From: Bacteroidales bacterium | Lineage (GTDB): Bacteria; Bacteroidota; Bacteroidia; Bacteroidales; SZUA-534 | NCBI GenBank assembly: GCA_046704385.1 | Contig: JBJKSB010000041.1 | Span: 159,106-223,105 of the forward strand | Direction of reading: 5' to 3' | Length of the DNA stretch: 64,000 nt | Shown here: piece by piece, positions 9,427 to 20,600 of the stretch | Position numbering within the stretch: position 1 is the first letter of the stretch | How the letters are laid out: each line of letters starts with the position of its first letter | The notes under the pieces: model-generated | What the model saw: only the letters and a program-made list of their open reading frames with translations | The model's database searches: none | What the model was told of the DNA's origin: nothing | Program-made: the position numbers and the translations under genes

Positions 9427-12400
9427 TTAATTATCGGTGGGATAAGGTTGATGTACAGGCATTTTAACCGGTTGCTCATCAATTTGTTTCATCAGTACTT
9501 CTACCGCTTTCATTAACTGATTATCGGTTCCTTTGCTCATTTGTTCCGAATCAACTTCAATCTCTATATCGGGTTGAATTCCATGGTTTTCAACCACCCA
9601 TTCACCTTTTTCGTTATAAATCCGATAATCGGGGGCAGTTAATCCACCACCATCAACCAGCTCAATAAACATCGAAACGCCAACCAATCCACCCCAGGAA
9701 CGGGTACCAATAATTGGACCCATATGATTCCACCGGAATTCGTATGGTAATTCGTCGCCTCCCGAACCAGCATAGTGATTTGTTAAACAAACCATATGCG
9801 CCTGAACCGCCAATGCCGGAATGGTTTGATCGGCAGAATACCGGCGGGTCCAGAATCCATGAGGTTTTTTCCGTAGCCGCTGAAGGAAAATTTCAGGATC
9901 AAGGCCTCCGCTATTAAAGCGGCCATCTAAAATAATCCCGTCTTTTTTGGTTTGTGAATAAAAATATCTGGGGAAATCAATTGCTGAACCCATGTAGGTA
10001 TCCGGAAGGTAAATATAGCCGATTTTACCACCCGAAGCTTTTTCAACCGCTTTTCGGTTGGCTTCCAATCCGTCTATATAACGAATTCCGGTTTCGCCTC
10101 TGGTCGGTTCAACCACAACTTCTCTGGCTCCGGTTTCTGAAGGTTTGCTGTTTACCAGCAGTGTTACCTGTTGACCGGCTAACCCAACAAAATAACTATA
10201 AATGTTTTTATCTGCTTTTACATCTTTTCCATTCACTTTAAGAAGATAATCACCTTCATTAACATTGATTCCGGGTTTAGCAAGTGGTGGAAAAATTTCG
10301 CGCGACCAGTCGCTTTCTTTGAATATTTTATCAAACTGATAACGGTTACTTCTGGCATCGGTTTTCCAATTAACCCCGAGCATTCCTATATTTACCCGGT
10401 CGGCATGACGTTGAATGTCGCCGCCCATAACATACGTATGCGATGTGTTTAATTCTCCAATTAACTCACCAATCAGGTAGGTTAAATCCTGACGGCATGA
10501 GGCCCGGTCAACCAAAGGCCTGTATTTGGATTTCATCTGGTTCCAGTCCAACCCGTGCATGCCTGGTTCATAATAATAATCACGTTCCATCCGCCAGGCT
10601 TCATTAAATATCTGTTTCCATTCCTCTTTTGGATGGTACATCATTTTCAAATTTGAAACATCAACAACTTTAGATTCTGCTCCCTTTGAATCAACCGCGA
10701 TCATCGACACCTTATTTCCGTCACGGTAAATAATTTGCTTTCCATCGGCAGATAAATCGTATTGATTTACATTTTCGACCAGTTTATTCTCTTTTTTGCT
10801 GTTAATATTAAACGCATAAAGCGACATTTTATCTACAGCCCTGAATTCAAACCGGTTAAAATCCCCATCATCAGCATTTTTATAAAATACAGATGATTCA
10901 TTCACCGAAAGATTCCGATAGTTTCCCCGTTTTAACGGAATAACTTCTATACGGTCGGCAATACCATCAAAATCGATGGAAACCAACACATTAGCAAAAG
11001 CTGTTTTGGCTGGTTCCGAACCGTTTTCTTCATCTTCATGCATTGGAAATAATGGTTTACCATCTTTTTTCAGGGTAATGGCATAAATGCCTGCGATTTT
11101 TTTGTATACCATCTCCCATTCTAAATCACAATAAGTTGGATCGAACTGCCGATTGGATATAAACAGAAGGTGGTTCCCGTCTTTGGTAAACACGGGGCTA
11201 AAATCGTGAAACAAGCCATTACTGACGGTTTGTGCCAATTTGTTTTCCAATGAATAAATGTAGATTTGATACATAAAATCTTTATTCATTTTCGAGTATG
11301 CCAGGAACCGGCTATCGGGTGACCAGGAGAAATCATAAATTGATTTAAGGTCGATAGATACATCTACATTTTCATTTTCTTCCCGATCAACTTTTGTGAT
11401 GGCTTTTGTAGTAACATCAATATAGTACAGGGTTAGCGTTTGATCTGTAAATGCAATTTTTTTGCTGTCGGGCGACCATTTTAAGGTATGCCGGTAACCA
11501 TCTTTAAAGGAGGTAAGTCTAATTGCTTCTTGCTCTCCATTGGGATTTACCAGGTAAAGATTATATTCTCCATCTTTATCCGACAAATAGGCAATCCATT
11601 TCCCATCAGGCGACCAAACGGCATCTTTATCGTGAGCTCCTGAGCTTTGGGTAAGATTCCTGGTAATGCCGTCTTTTGCAGGAACAGAAAAAATTTCGCC
11701 ACGGGTTTCAACCAGGGCCCGGGTTCCTGTTGGAGAAATCCCTACGTGTTTAATTTCTGTGCTTACATCTTTCATATAAGGACGGGTTTCCTCCATATCG
11801 GGCAATACAGCTATCGGAATCCGGTGTGTTTCTTTGGTTTTCAAATCAAGACACCAGAGGTCTCCTGCCAACTCATAAACGATGTGTTTTTGATCGGCGC
11901 TGGGCCAGCGAACATCATAGTTGGTATGATTGGTTATTTTTGAAATGGTTCCGGCCTGGGTGTCATAAGCAAAAATATTTAACTCCCGGTCACGATCGGA
12001 ACTGAAATAAATCTGGTTTCCTATCCACATGGGCAGCCGGTCGGTTCCGTTATAATTGCTTATATTAGTTTCCTTGTTCGTGGTGAAATCATAAATGTAA
12101 ATTTCCTGGGCCATTCCACCATGATAACGTTTCCAGGTTCTGTTTTCCCTGCCTATTTTGTTGTAAGCAATTTTTGTCCCGTCGGGCGAAAAGCTTCCCT
12201 GGGCTGCGTCGTACATAATTAATTCTTTCAAACCGGTTCCATCAGGCGATATCTCAAACAATTTAATAAATCGTCGGTTGGTACTATTCCGACCCGAAGA
12301 AAAAATAATTTTATTAGTGGTGGCATTCCAACCCACAACCCGGTCATAACCCGGATGATAAGTAACCCGGGTAATATTTCCTCCATGCGTATTCATTACG

Positions 12401-12702
12401 TATACATCAGGGTTTCCGTCATACTCTCCTGTAAAAGCAATAAGCTTTCCATCAGGCGAAAATTTCGGATAAACTTCCTGACCGTCATTAAAAGTCAACC
12501 GAACAGCTTCTCCTCCATTTAGCGGTGCTTTCCAAATATCTTCTCCAGCCTCAAAAACTACGGTATCGCCGAACACATCGGGATGCCTGAGTAATGGATT
12601 TGCCGCCTGGCTTAAACAACTTATTACCAGAAGACTCATTAAAACGATGGTCTTTTTTATCGAACCGCGTTGTTTGGTTTTAGTTTCTTTAATTGTTTTC
12701 AT
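9427..12702 (-). CDS. Tricorn-protease homolog (S41 peptidase with TolB-like/WD40-like beta-propellers and a PDZ domain)
   Basis: 1091 aa with an N-terminal signal peptide. It has repeated 'SPDGK.IAF' propeller motifs. The C-terminal S41 core contains 'TNHYAGSGGDELPYEF'. Confidence 0.85.
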   Translation of the reverse strand: MKTIKETKTKQRGSIKKTIVLMSLLVISCLSQAANPLLRHPDVFGDTVVFEAGEDIWKAPLNGGEAVRLTFNDGQEVYPKFSPDGKLIAFTGEYDGNPDVYVMNTHGGNITRVTYHPGYDRVVGWNATTNKIIFSSGRNSTNRRFIKLFEISPDGTGLKELIMYDAAQGSFSPDGTKIAYNKIGRENRTWKRYHGGMAQEIYIYDFTTNKETNISNYNGTDRLPMWIGNQIYFSSDRDRELNIFAYDTQAGTISKITNHTNYDVRWPSADQKHIVYELAGDLWCLDLKTKETHRIPIAVLPDMEETRPYMKDVSTEIKHVGISPTGTRALVETRGEIFSVPAKDGITRNLTQSSGAHDKDAVWSPDGKWIAYLSDKDGEYNLYLVNPNGEQEAIRLTSFKDGYRHTLKWSPDSKKIAFTDQTLTLYYIDVTTKAITKVDREENENVDVSIDLKSIYDFSWSPDSRFLAYSKMNKDFMYQIYIYSLENKLAQTVSNGLFHDFSPVFTKDGNHLLFISNRQFDPTYCDLEWEMVYKKIAGIYAITLKKDGKPLFPMHEDEENGSEPAKTAFANVLVSIDFDGIADRIEVIPLKRGNYRNLSVNESSVFYKNADDGDFNRFEFRAVDKMSLYAFNINSKKENKLVENVNQYDLSADGKQIIYRDGNKVSMIAVDSKGAESKVVDVSNLKMMYHPKEEWKQIFNEAWRMERDYYYEPGMHGLDWNQMKSKYRPLVDRASCRQDLTYLIGELIGELNTSHTYVMGGDIQRHADRVNIGMLGVNWKTDARSNRYQFDKIFKESDWSREIFPPLAKPGINVNEGDYLLKVNGKDVKADKNIYSYFVGLAGQQVTLLVNSKPSETGAREVVVEPTRGETGIRYIDGLEANRKAVEKASGGKIGYIYLPDTYMGSAIDFPRYFYSQTKKDGIILDGRFNSGGLDPEIFLQRLRKKPHGFWTRRYSADQTIPALAVQAHMVCLTNHYAGSGGDELPYEFRWNHMGPIIGTRSWGGLVGVSMFIELVDGGGLTAPDYRIYNEKGEWVVENHGIQPDIEIEVDSEQMSKGTDNQLMKAVEVLMKQIDEQPVKMPVHQPYPTDN

Positions 12703-13001
12703 TAATATGTTTTTTTAAGTTTTATATCTGATTAATCCGGTTATCCAAGAAACCAGAATGAATTAATTAGACAACAATTTTTCAGAATCATTACACAAAT
12801 TACAGTTTTTTTCAAATAGCAGGGTAACGTTTTAAAATAAAGCTTGGTTCAATAAGTTGACATTTAAATAAGCTGTTGTTAGCTTTTTTAAGTTCAAAAC
12901 TGGGAGTTCCACCCATGCCAACCTTTGTGAGAGTCCATAGAATCTTGTGAGTGCATACCTCGTAGGAAATTTAATTAAACTTTTTATCGGAATGACGGCT
13001 A

Positions 13002-13123
13002 AATATTATTTTGAGGTGCTGGGAATATCAACGGATATAATTTTCTTGTTATTCTAAGCCCCCAAGGAGCTAGAGTTAAAAATTGCATGTGTGTTTTTAT
13101 CGTCAGCGCCTCAAAATAATATT
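13002..13123. repeat. 20-bp inverted repeat (1 mismatch) flanking an 82-bp spacer in the divergent tricorn/hybrid-regulator intergenic region
   Basis: The left arm at 13002-13021 is AATATTATTTTGAGGTGCTG. The right arm at 13104-13123 is CAGCGCCTCAAAATAATATT, whose reverse complement is AATATTATTTTGAGGCGCTG. Confidence 0.6.
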
Positions 13124-13155
13124 AAAGATCATGAACCGGTATTTTTTAATTCTAA

Positions 13156-16100
13156 ATGACTAAATTATGCCGTGAAAAAAACCAGGGTATGCGCAAAATT
13201 TTTCTGGCAATAGGGTTACTATACAGCTTGGTTTGTTATTCAGGTAACGACCTTATTAAAAGCTCATTGTTTGAAAATTACACCGTTTCAAACGGACTGT
13301 CAGATGAGAAAATACATTGTGTTTTTCAGGACAGTAAGGGCTGGATTTGGCTTGGCACCGATTATGGTGTTTTTAGGTTCGATGGATATCGCTTTACCGC
13401 TTTTAATCCGATGACCGAAACGGGCAATACACTTTCAAATTCCTTGATTCGAAAAATATTTGAAGACAACAAAGGTAATCTTTGGTTTGGGACAGATTTT
13501 CAGGGAATATTTAAATATGTTAGAACTGAAAATACGCTGGAACAGTTTAAGGATAAAGGATTTTCGCACAATTCGGTTTGGGATATTATTCAGGATGCAA
13601 AAGGAAACCTTTGGTTAGGTACTGAAGGGGGTTTAACTTATTTTAATACGAACACCAATGAGGTTGAATTTACCTATACAACTTCAAACTCAAAAATTTT
13701 ACCAGGGAGTTGGATCAGGAAGCTTTTTATTGATAATCAAAACAAATTATGGGTGGGCTCAAACAGAGGAATTGTGGTTTTGGATGAAAACCATAATAAA
13801 GTGGAATCGTGGCTTACAGGAGACGCATATCATGAACATGAGAATGAAATATGGGAGATTTTTGAAGATAATAGCGGTGCAATATGGATTGGAACCTACC
13901 TGGGTGGGTTGCTCAAATACAACCGGAATTCCCGAAAGCTGAAACATATTATTTTGGACAAAAGGAATCCCCGTTCGGAAACGGTACGTGCCGTCATTCA
14001 GGATACCCGTGGTGACATTTGGTTTGGGACACGGGGCGGATTATATTCATTAAGTGCACAAACAAACATAATTAGTCATTATCAAAATGAGGTTGACAAT
14101 AATTATAGCCTGATACATAATTCTGTATTGGATTTGCTTATCGATAAAAAAGGTGATTTATGGGTAGGTACCCGCAACGGACTTAGCTATTTAAACTTTG
14201 ACAAGCAGGCTTTTGGATATTTATCGAGTAAAAGCGGTGATGAAAAAAGGCTGAGTAACGGGGAAATTTATGTTATTTGGGAAGATGAAGCCGAACAACT
14301 CTGGATTGGTACTGAAAGCGGAGGTATAAATATATTAAACAAGAATCAGGACAACATTGAATACCTTACCACCACGAATGGATTATCAAGCAATTGCATT
14401 AAAGCCATCTGTCCCGACAATAAAGGAAATGTACTGATAGGAACCTATCTGGGGGGATTAAACATGTATAATCCGGCAACCGGAAAAGTGAAAGTCTTTT
14501 TGCACGATCCCAATATCGAAAGCACCATAAGCGATAACGAAGTTTGGGCCATTTTAAATGACTCAAAAAAGCGCATTTGGGTGGGAACATCCAAAGGGCT
14601 TGATTTATTTGATGAAAACACACAGACTTTTCATCATTACAACAAATCCGATCACATTACCAATGTGTCAATGATTTACGAAACCTCAAAGGGAGAGTTA
14701 TGGATCTATTCATCTGACAAGGAGAAGTTATCGGTAATTACACCATCAAAATCCCGTAGGATTTTTGATATTCAAAGCCGCGCCATTTGTGAAGATATTG
14801 ACGGCAATATTTGGATGGGAACCCTGGGAAATGGACTGATTAAAATGAACGACAAAGGAGAAATAATAGAGACTTTTACTACTGCTGATGGTTTGTCGAG
14901 CAATATACTTAATGGAATTATTGATGTAAACAATGAATATTTGTGGATTAGTTCAAATAATGGAATTTCGAAGTTCAATATTGAAAAACACGACATTAAA
15001 AACTATTTTGTCACCGATGGGTTACTGAACAATAAATTCAATTATGGTGCTTTTTATAAAACCCGTAATAATAGCCTGGTTTTTGGGGGAAATAAGGGTG
15101 TCGATTTCGTGTTTTTGGATAAATTAAACCGGAATGATTATATTCCACCCATTGTGATAACCGGATTCAGGGTTTTTAACAAAGAAATTAATGTTTCACC
15201 CACCGGAACCTCAGGTCTTTTAACAAACCTCATTTCTGAAACAAAATCGATTGTTCTTAATTATAACCAGAACATGATATCGTTTGATTTTGCAGCCCTA
15301 AACTATGCCAACAGCAAGAAAAACAAGTACAAGTACAAACTTGAAGGATTTGACAAAGACTGGAATGATATTGGAACAAACCGGTTAGCTACCTACACAA
15401 ATCTTGAACACGGCGAATATAATTTTCGCGTTGTGGGTTCAAATAACGACCATGTTTATAATGAAGCGGGTGTGGAACTTGCCATTACGATTATGCCACC
15501 GTTTTGGAAAACCTGGTGGTTCAGATCACTGGCCATTCTGGTCATGTTACTTTTACTATTCCTTATTTACAGGATGATCCGAAACCGGGAAAAACTGAAA
15601 CAGGAATTGATTTATGAACGACAAACTGCCCGCAAAATGCATGAAGTCGACCGATTAAAACATCAGTTTTTTATGAATATTTCCCATGAAATCCGGACAC
15701 CATTATCATTGATTGTGGGGCCATTGGATAAAATAATTTCTATGGGAGTTAAAGACAAGGTGATATCAACAAACCTGCAATTGATAAAAAGAAATACCGG
15801 CAATTTAAAGAAACTGGTAAGCCAATTGCTTGATTACCGGAAGCTTGAAACTGGTAACCTGAAACTGGAACTCCAAAAAGGAAACCTGCGGGTATTCCTT
15901 GAAGAAATAGTGGATTCGTTTAGGGCTCCGGCTGATGAAAAAGGAGTTAGTGTAGAGTTTATTGCTTTTCAACCCAATGTTTTTGCCTGGTTCGACGGTG
16001 ATAAAACCGAAAAAATTACCAACAATTTAATATCTAATGCACTGAAATATACTCACCCTGGCGGATCAATTACCGTGTCGCTTTCAATGGTTCTGGTTGA

Positions 16101-17250
16101 CGACATTGACAATCCCAATCTATTAATTCCACCAATGGATACGGAGCAAATTAAGTATAAAAAGTATCTGAAAATTAAAGTGGTTGATACCGGAATTGGT
16201 ATACCCAATATTGATTTACCCAGAATTTTTGATCGGTTCCGGAGGATAAATAATGTTCATGAGGATCAGGCTCAGGGTGCCGGGATAGGTTTGGCGCTTA
16301 CCAAAGAACTGGTAAAACTTCACGACGGACATATTAAAGTACGAAGCAAAATTGGCATAGGATCCCGATTCTCGGTTTTCATTCCTTTTATGGAAAAAAC
16401 CGATGAAATTCCGGAAAATGATGAAGCAAATTTAGACGGAGAAAAATTCGAGTTTCCTATGGGTGCTGAAAAAGAAGAAAATCCAAATCAGTTGCTGGCA
16501 TTGGTAGTTGACGACAATACCGATTTAAGGGAATTCATAAAATCGCACTTTGAACCTGAATATAAAATAATTGAGGCAAAAAATGGCAAAGAAGGATGGG
16601 AACGAGCCCTTCAGGAAATTCCTGATATTATTATTGCAGATGTGATGATGCCCGTGATGAACGGCAATGAACTATGTAAAAAAATTAAGCGCGACGAACG
16701 TACTTCACATATCCCGGTTATTATGCTTTCGGCTTTGGGTTCTACGGCGAGCCAGATTGCAGGTATTGATGCCGGGGCCGACGATTATCTTACCAAACCT
16801 TTTGACGTGGGCTTACTAAAAGCAAAAACAGACAATATTTTAAGTATAAGGAAAGTAATGCGCGAAAGGTATAGTAAAGAGATGGTGTTAAAGCCCAAGG
16901 ATATAATACTAAGCTCTCCCGATGAAAAATTTCTGAAAAAATTGATCAATCTGGTTGAAAAACATTTATCTAATGAAGAACTTGATGTGGAATTTTTATC
17001 GCAAAATCTTGATGTAAGTCGAACACAACTTTACCGAAAAATAAGTGCCCTGACCGACATGACACCAAAAGAGTTTGTAAAAGATTTGCGGTTAAAACGG
17101 GCTGCTCAGCTTATTTCTCAGAACAAGCTAAATATATCGGAGGTAGCCTACGATATCGGTTTTAGTGATGTATCGTATTTCAGAAAGTGCTTTAGAGAAA
17201 AGTTTGGGGTAAGTGCATCTGAATATAAACATCAGCATAAGGAGGAATAA
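13156..17250 (+). CDS. Hybrid two-component system regulator of the PUL (periplasmic propeller/Y_Y_Y sensor, histidine kinase, receiver domain and AraC HTH)
   Basis: 1364 aa. It has many 'W.GT..GL' propeller repeats and a TM segment 'WWFRSLAILVMLLLLFLIY'. The H-box is 'FFMNISHEIRTPLS'. The receiver domain contains 'LVVDDNTDLREF...DVMMPVMNG'. The AraC HTH contains 'AYDIGFSDVSYFRKCFREKFG'. The true start may be the second Met at 13189 (MRKIFLAIGLLYSLVCYS is a signal-like sequence). Confidence 0.9.
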   Translation: MTKLCREKNQGMRKIFLAIGLLYSLVCYSGNDLIKSSLFENYTVSNGLSDEKIHCVFQDSKGWIWLGTDYGVFRFDGYRFTAFNPMTETGNTLSNSLIRKIFEDNKGNLWFGTDFQGIFKYVRTENTLEQFKDKGFSHNSVWDIIQDAKGNLWLGTEGGLTYFNTNTNEVEFTYTTSNSKILPGSWIRKLFIDNQNKLWVGSNRGIVVLDENHNKVESWLTGDAYHEHENEIWEIFEDNSGAIWIGTYLGGLLKYNRNSRKLKHIILDKRNPRSETVRAVIQDTRGDIWFGTRGGLYSLSAQTNIISHYQNEVDNNYSLIHNSVLDLLIDKKGDLWVGTRNGLSYLNFDKQAFGYLSSKSGDEKRLSNGEIYVIWEDEAEQLWIGTESGGINILNKNQDNIEYLTTTNGLSSNCIKAICPDNKGNVLIGTYLGGLNMYNPATGKVKVFLHDPNIESTISDNEVWAILNDSKKRIWVGTSKGLDLFDENTQTFHHYNKSDHITNVSMIYETSKGELWIYSSDKEKLSVITPSKSRRIFDIQSRAICEDIDGNIWMGTLGNGLIKMNDKGEIIETFTTADGLSSNILNGIIDVNNEYLWISSNNGISKFNIEKHDIKNYFVTDGLLNNKFNYGAFYKTRNNSLVFGGNKGVDFVFLDKLNRNDYIPPIVITGFRVFNKEINVSPTGTSGLLTNLISETKSIVLNYNQNMISFDFAALNYANSKKNKYKYKLEGFDKDWNDIGTNRLATYTNLEHGEYNFRVVGSNNDHVYNEAGVELAITIMPPFWKTWWFRSLAILVMLLLLFLIYRMIRNREKLKQELIYERQTARKMHEVDRLKHQFFMNISHEIRTPLSLIVGPLDKIISMGVKDKVISTNLQLIKRNTGNLKKLVSQLLDYRKLETGNLKLELQKGNLRVFLEEIVDSFRAPADEKGVSVEFIAFQPNVFAWFDGDKTEKITNNLISNALKYTHPGGSITVSLSMVLVDDIDNPNLLIPPMDTEQIKYKKYLKIKVVDTGIGIPNIDLPRIFDRFRRINNVHEDQAQGAGIGLALTKELVKLHDGHIKVRSKIGIGSRFSVFIPFMEKTDEIPENDEANLDGEKFEFPMGAEKEENPNQLLALVVDDNTDLREFIKSHFEPEYKIIEAKNGKEGWERALQEIPDIIIADVMMPVMNGNELCKKIKRDERTSHIPVIMLSALGSTASQIAGIDAGADDYLTKPFDVGLLKAKTDNILSIRKVMRERYSKEMVLKPKDIILSSPDEKFLKKLINLVEKHLSNEELDVEFLSQNLDVSRTQLYRKISALTDMTPKEFVKDLRLKRAAQLISQNKLNISEVAYDIGFSDVSYFRKCFREKFGVSASEYKHQHKEE

Positions 17251-17524
17251 AGAAAAGAATTATAGACCATTCTTGCTTTGACATAAGGCTGCGAATTATT
17301 TAAATTAATTATGAAAAGCTGCTAAAAACCGATTTTTTTCTTCCCCACCACCACCTTTTTAAACACCAATAAATCAACCGCTTAAACAGGGCGTTTAAAA
17401 TTTTATTCCTCCTTTTTTGGTACAAAATTGCCCGGTATTGGAACATCAGCTCCCTGTTTTAGGAATTTCATTTCAAACGATTGCATAATCTTCTTGGTAA
17501 TTTTATCCGAATCATTGAATTGGT

Positions 17525-17629
17525 ATGGACACAACAGAAAAACGAATAAAAAACTTGAAGTATTTTATCGTGCTTGGCATTATGGCTTTCATATTATTAT
17601 TAGTAGTGATAGTTAAAATTATTTTTTAA
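17525..17629 (+). CDS. Possible 34-aa single-pass membrane peptide immediately upstream of susC (speculative)
   Basis: This ATG-to-TAA ORF is below the track's apparent minimum ORF size. It translates to MDTTEKRIKNLKYFIVLGIMAFILLLVVIVKIIF, a polar head plus one TM helix. It ends 13 nt before the SusC start. An AT/T-rich sequence can produce such an ORF by chance. Confidence 0.2.
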   Translation: MDTTEKRIKNLKYFIVLGIMAFILLLVVIVKIIF

Positions 17630-17642
17630 ACACAAGATAAAT

Positions 17643-20600
17643 ATGATTAAAACTTACTCAACAAACAAATTAATTAAAAAGATATCTCTATTGTCTTTTT
17701 TATTGCTTTTTGCCTGGGGAGCAGTGGCGCAAACCACGATTTCCGGAATAGTTTCCGGTCCCGATAACCAACCATTGCCCGGGGTAAATGTTATAGTAAA
17801 AGGAACCACATTGGGTACCGTTACCGATATTAATGGTAAATATTCGCTGTCGGTACCAGCAGCTGACAATATTATTGTTTTTTCGATGATGGGAATGTTA
17901 ACCGAAGAGATGGACATAACCGGTAAAACCACTATTGATTTAACCATGACTGAAGACCTTATAGGATTAGATGAAGTTGTTGTGGTGGGTTATGGTACCA
18001 TGAAAAAAGCAGATTTAACCGGATCAGTGGGTTCTGTTGATACAAAAACACTTGTTGAAAGAGGAACTCCTTCACTATTGGAATCCATGCAGGGAGCTGT
18101 TGCCGGGGTAAGTATTACACAAAGTGGAGGACGAAGTCAATCATCAGGCTATGATATCCAGATTCGGGGTAAATCTTCAATAAATTCAGAAGTTAAGCCT
18201 CTTTACGTAGTTGACGGAGTAATTGTCAGCGATATTGATTTTTTAAACCCACAGGATATTGAACGTGTTGATGTTTTGAAAGATGCATCTTCAACAGCCA
18301 TCTATGGTTCGCGCGCTACAGCCGGGGTTGTAATGATAACTACAAAAAGCGGTAAATCATTGCAAGGAAGTACTTCGGAGCAACCAACAGTTACCTATGA
18401 CGGGTACACAGGGGTAACCAAAGTTGTACGCATGCCGGATTTTATGGATGCCCAGCAGTTTTATGATTACCGGTTTCTGGACTTTATAAGTACAAATGAT
18501 AAATCACCACAACCCGTTTACCGGATGACTCCGGATGCTTTTCAACAAGGGATGTTGTTTGATGGAGGTAATAAGTATGTCATGAAGGAAATGTTAAACA
18601 ATGGGGAGTCGTACAACTGGCCGAGCATGATAACACAGAACGGGATTGAACAAAATCATTTTCTTACTGTAGGCGGAAGCACCGAATCAGTAAGTTATTA
18701 TTTCGGTTCGGGTTACAATTCAAGCACAGGCACTTATAAAGGTGATGCTGATGATCGCTACACCATTAAAGGAAGCGTTGACTCAAAAATCAATAAATAC
18801 TTTTCGGCCGGGATGAATTTTAATTTAGCCTATACCAAAACCGATTTTGCAAGCGATGATGCCATCAAAAGTGCATTTCGTGCCAACCCGTTTATGCGGC
18901 CCTATGATGCTAATGGTGATTACAATGTCAAACCAGGAAATTTCGAGGCTATGGGAACTGCTTCTAATCAGTTTTCTGATTTTTATAATCCTTTGTTATA
19001 TAACGATGATGAACAGAAGCAAGATAAAATTTACCGGGTGTTGGGTAATTTATATCTGGAAGCCAAACCGATTGAAAATTTATCGTTGAAATCAACTTTT
19101 TCGCCTAACTATGGACATACAAGAGAAGGTGAATACAGAGGGGGTAAAACAGGGAATACTCCAACAGGTTTCTATACTTCAACGGAAAGTTTTGACTGGA
19201 CCTGGGATAATATTATTAATTATAATCTCACCACCGGCGATCATTCAATCGGGGTTATGGGATTGTTCAGTATGAATGCTTACAACTACGAAAAATATTA
19301 TCTTGAAACTACCAATCCGATAGAAGGTACAACCTGGTACAATCTGGGTTCTGGTGAAATTCAGCAATATTCTTCTGCCTATAAAGAAAACAGCCTGATT
19401 TCATATGCCATGCGTCTGAATTACAGTTACAAAGGTAAATATATGATTACCGCAACAGCACGGGCCGATGGTTCATCCCGTTTTGCTAAGGATTACAGAT
19501 GGGGAACTTTCCCCTCAGCAGCTTTGGCTTGGCGTATTTCCGAAGAGGATTTTATGAGTAACGACTGGTTATCAAATCTGAAATTACGTTTAAGCTATGG
19601 TATAACGGGTAATAACTCGGGTATTGGAGATTATGCTACGCAAACAACCGGTTCAGGGCCGAATTATTATGCATTCGGTGATCAGGTTGCTTACGGGTAC
19701 CACCCGAGTGGTGTGGCAAACGCTCTTTTAAGCTGGGAAACTTCATCGGAAACCAACTTTGGTTTTGATTTTGGTCTGTTTGAAGGAAGAGTAACCGGTA
19801 CGGTTGATCTGTATAACAAAGATTCTAAAGATTTGCTTTACCAAAGATCACTTCCCTTGGTGTCAGGTGGAGGATCTATTACTGCTAATATTGGGAATGT
19901 CCGTAACCGGGGTTTAGAGTTATCATTAACTTCTGTAAACATCAAAACAAAAGACCTGACCTGGAAAACCTCTTTTGCCTTTTCAACGAATAAAAACGAG
20001 GTTATTAAAATTAATGGAACCAGCGATTTCATAATTGATAGTGATAACCCGATAACAGCTTCATTATTCCTGAATCAGCCGGTTAATAACATATATTCAT
20101 ATGTTTGGGATGGTATTGTTTCCGACCGCACTATGACAGTGCCGGATAATGCTGCCTCAGCTGTTGGAGGATTCACACCCGGCGATCAGGTTACAGAAGC
20201 TGAATATTACTATAAAATTTATGGCTGGACAGAAGGAATGCCAATAATTGAGGACCTGAACCACGACGGTTCAATAGATTCCGATAATGATAAAAAAGTT
20301 CAGGGCAGTCAGGATCCTCAATGGACTGGTAACATAAGCTCATCACTGATTTACAAAAACTGGGATTTTTCATTCTCAGTATACACAAAACAAAACTACC
20401 TGGTTTACTCAAATTTTTTGTATGAGTATTATAATTATGCTTATCGGGGATGGAATAAACTTAATATGGATTATTACATTCCTGCAGGTACCCTGGTTGA
20501 TTGTGATGGTGTAACCGCAGACGGTTTATACATTAACCCGGTATACCAGGAACAAACGCATTATGGAACTATGCCATTTCCAAATTCAACTGTTGCAAAC

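Noticed and set aside
12992-13057. 21-codon ORF 'MTAKYYFEVLGISTDIIFLLF' whose 'YYFEVLGIS' resembles the start of a J-domain
   Set aside because: It is far too short. The resemblance covers only ~8 residues that coincide with the left arm of the inverted repeat. No continuation appears in any frame.
13658-13947. Alternative-frame (+) and antisense (-) ORFs inside the hybrid-regulator gene
   Set aside because: They are embedded in a 1364-aa gene with clear domain structure, and they have no motifs.
17428-17616. 62-aa plus-strand ORF in the hybrid-regulator/SusC spacer
   Set aside because: It starts at a non-ATG codon and its sequence is not protein-like (MPGIGTSAPCFRNFISNDC...). It overlaps, in another frame, the more plausible 34-codon ORF. 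It is probably non-coding promoter or leader DNA.
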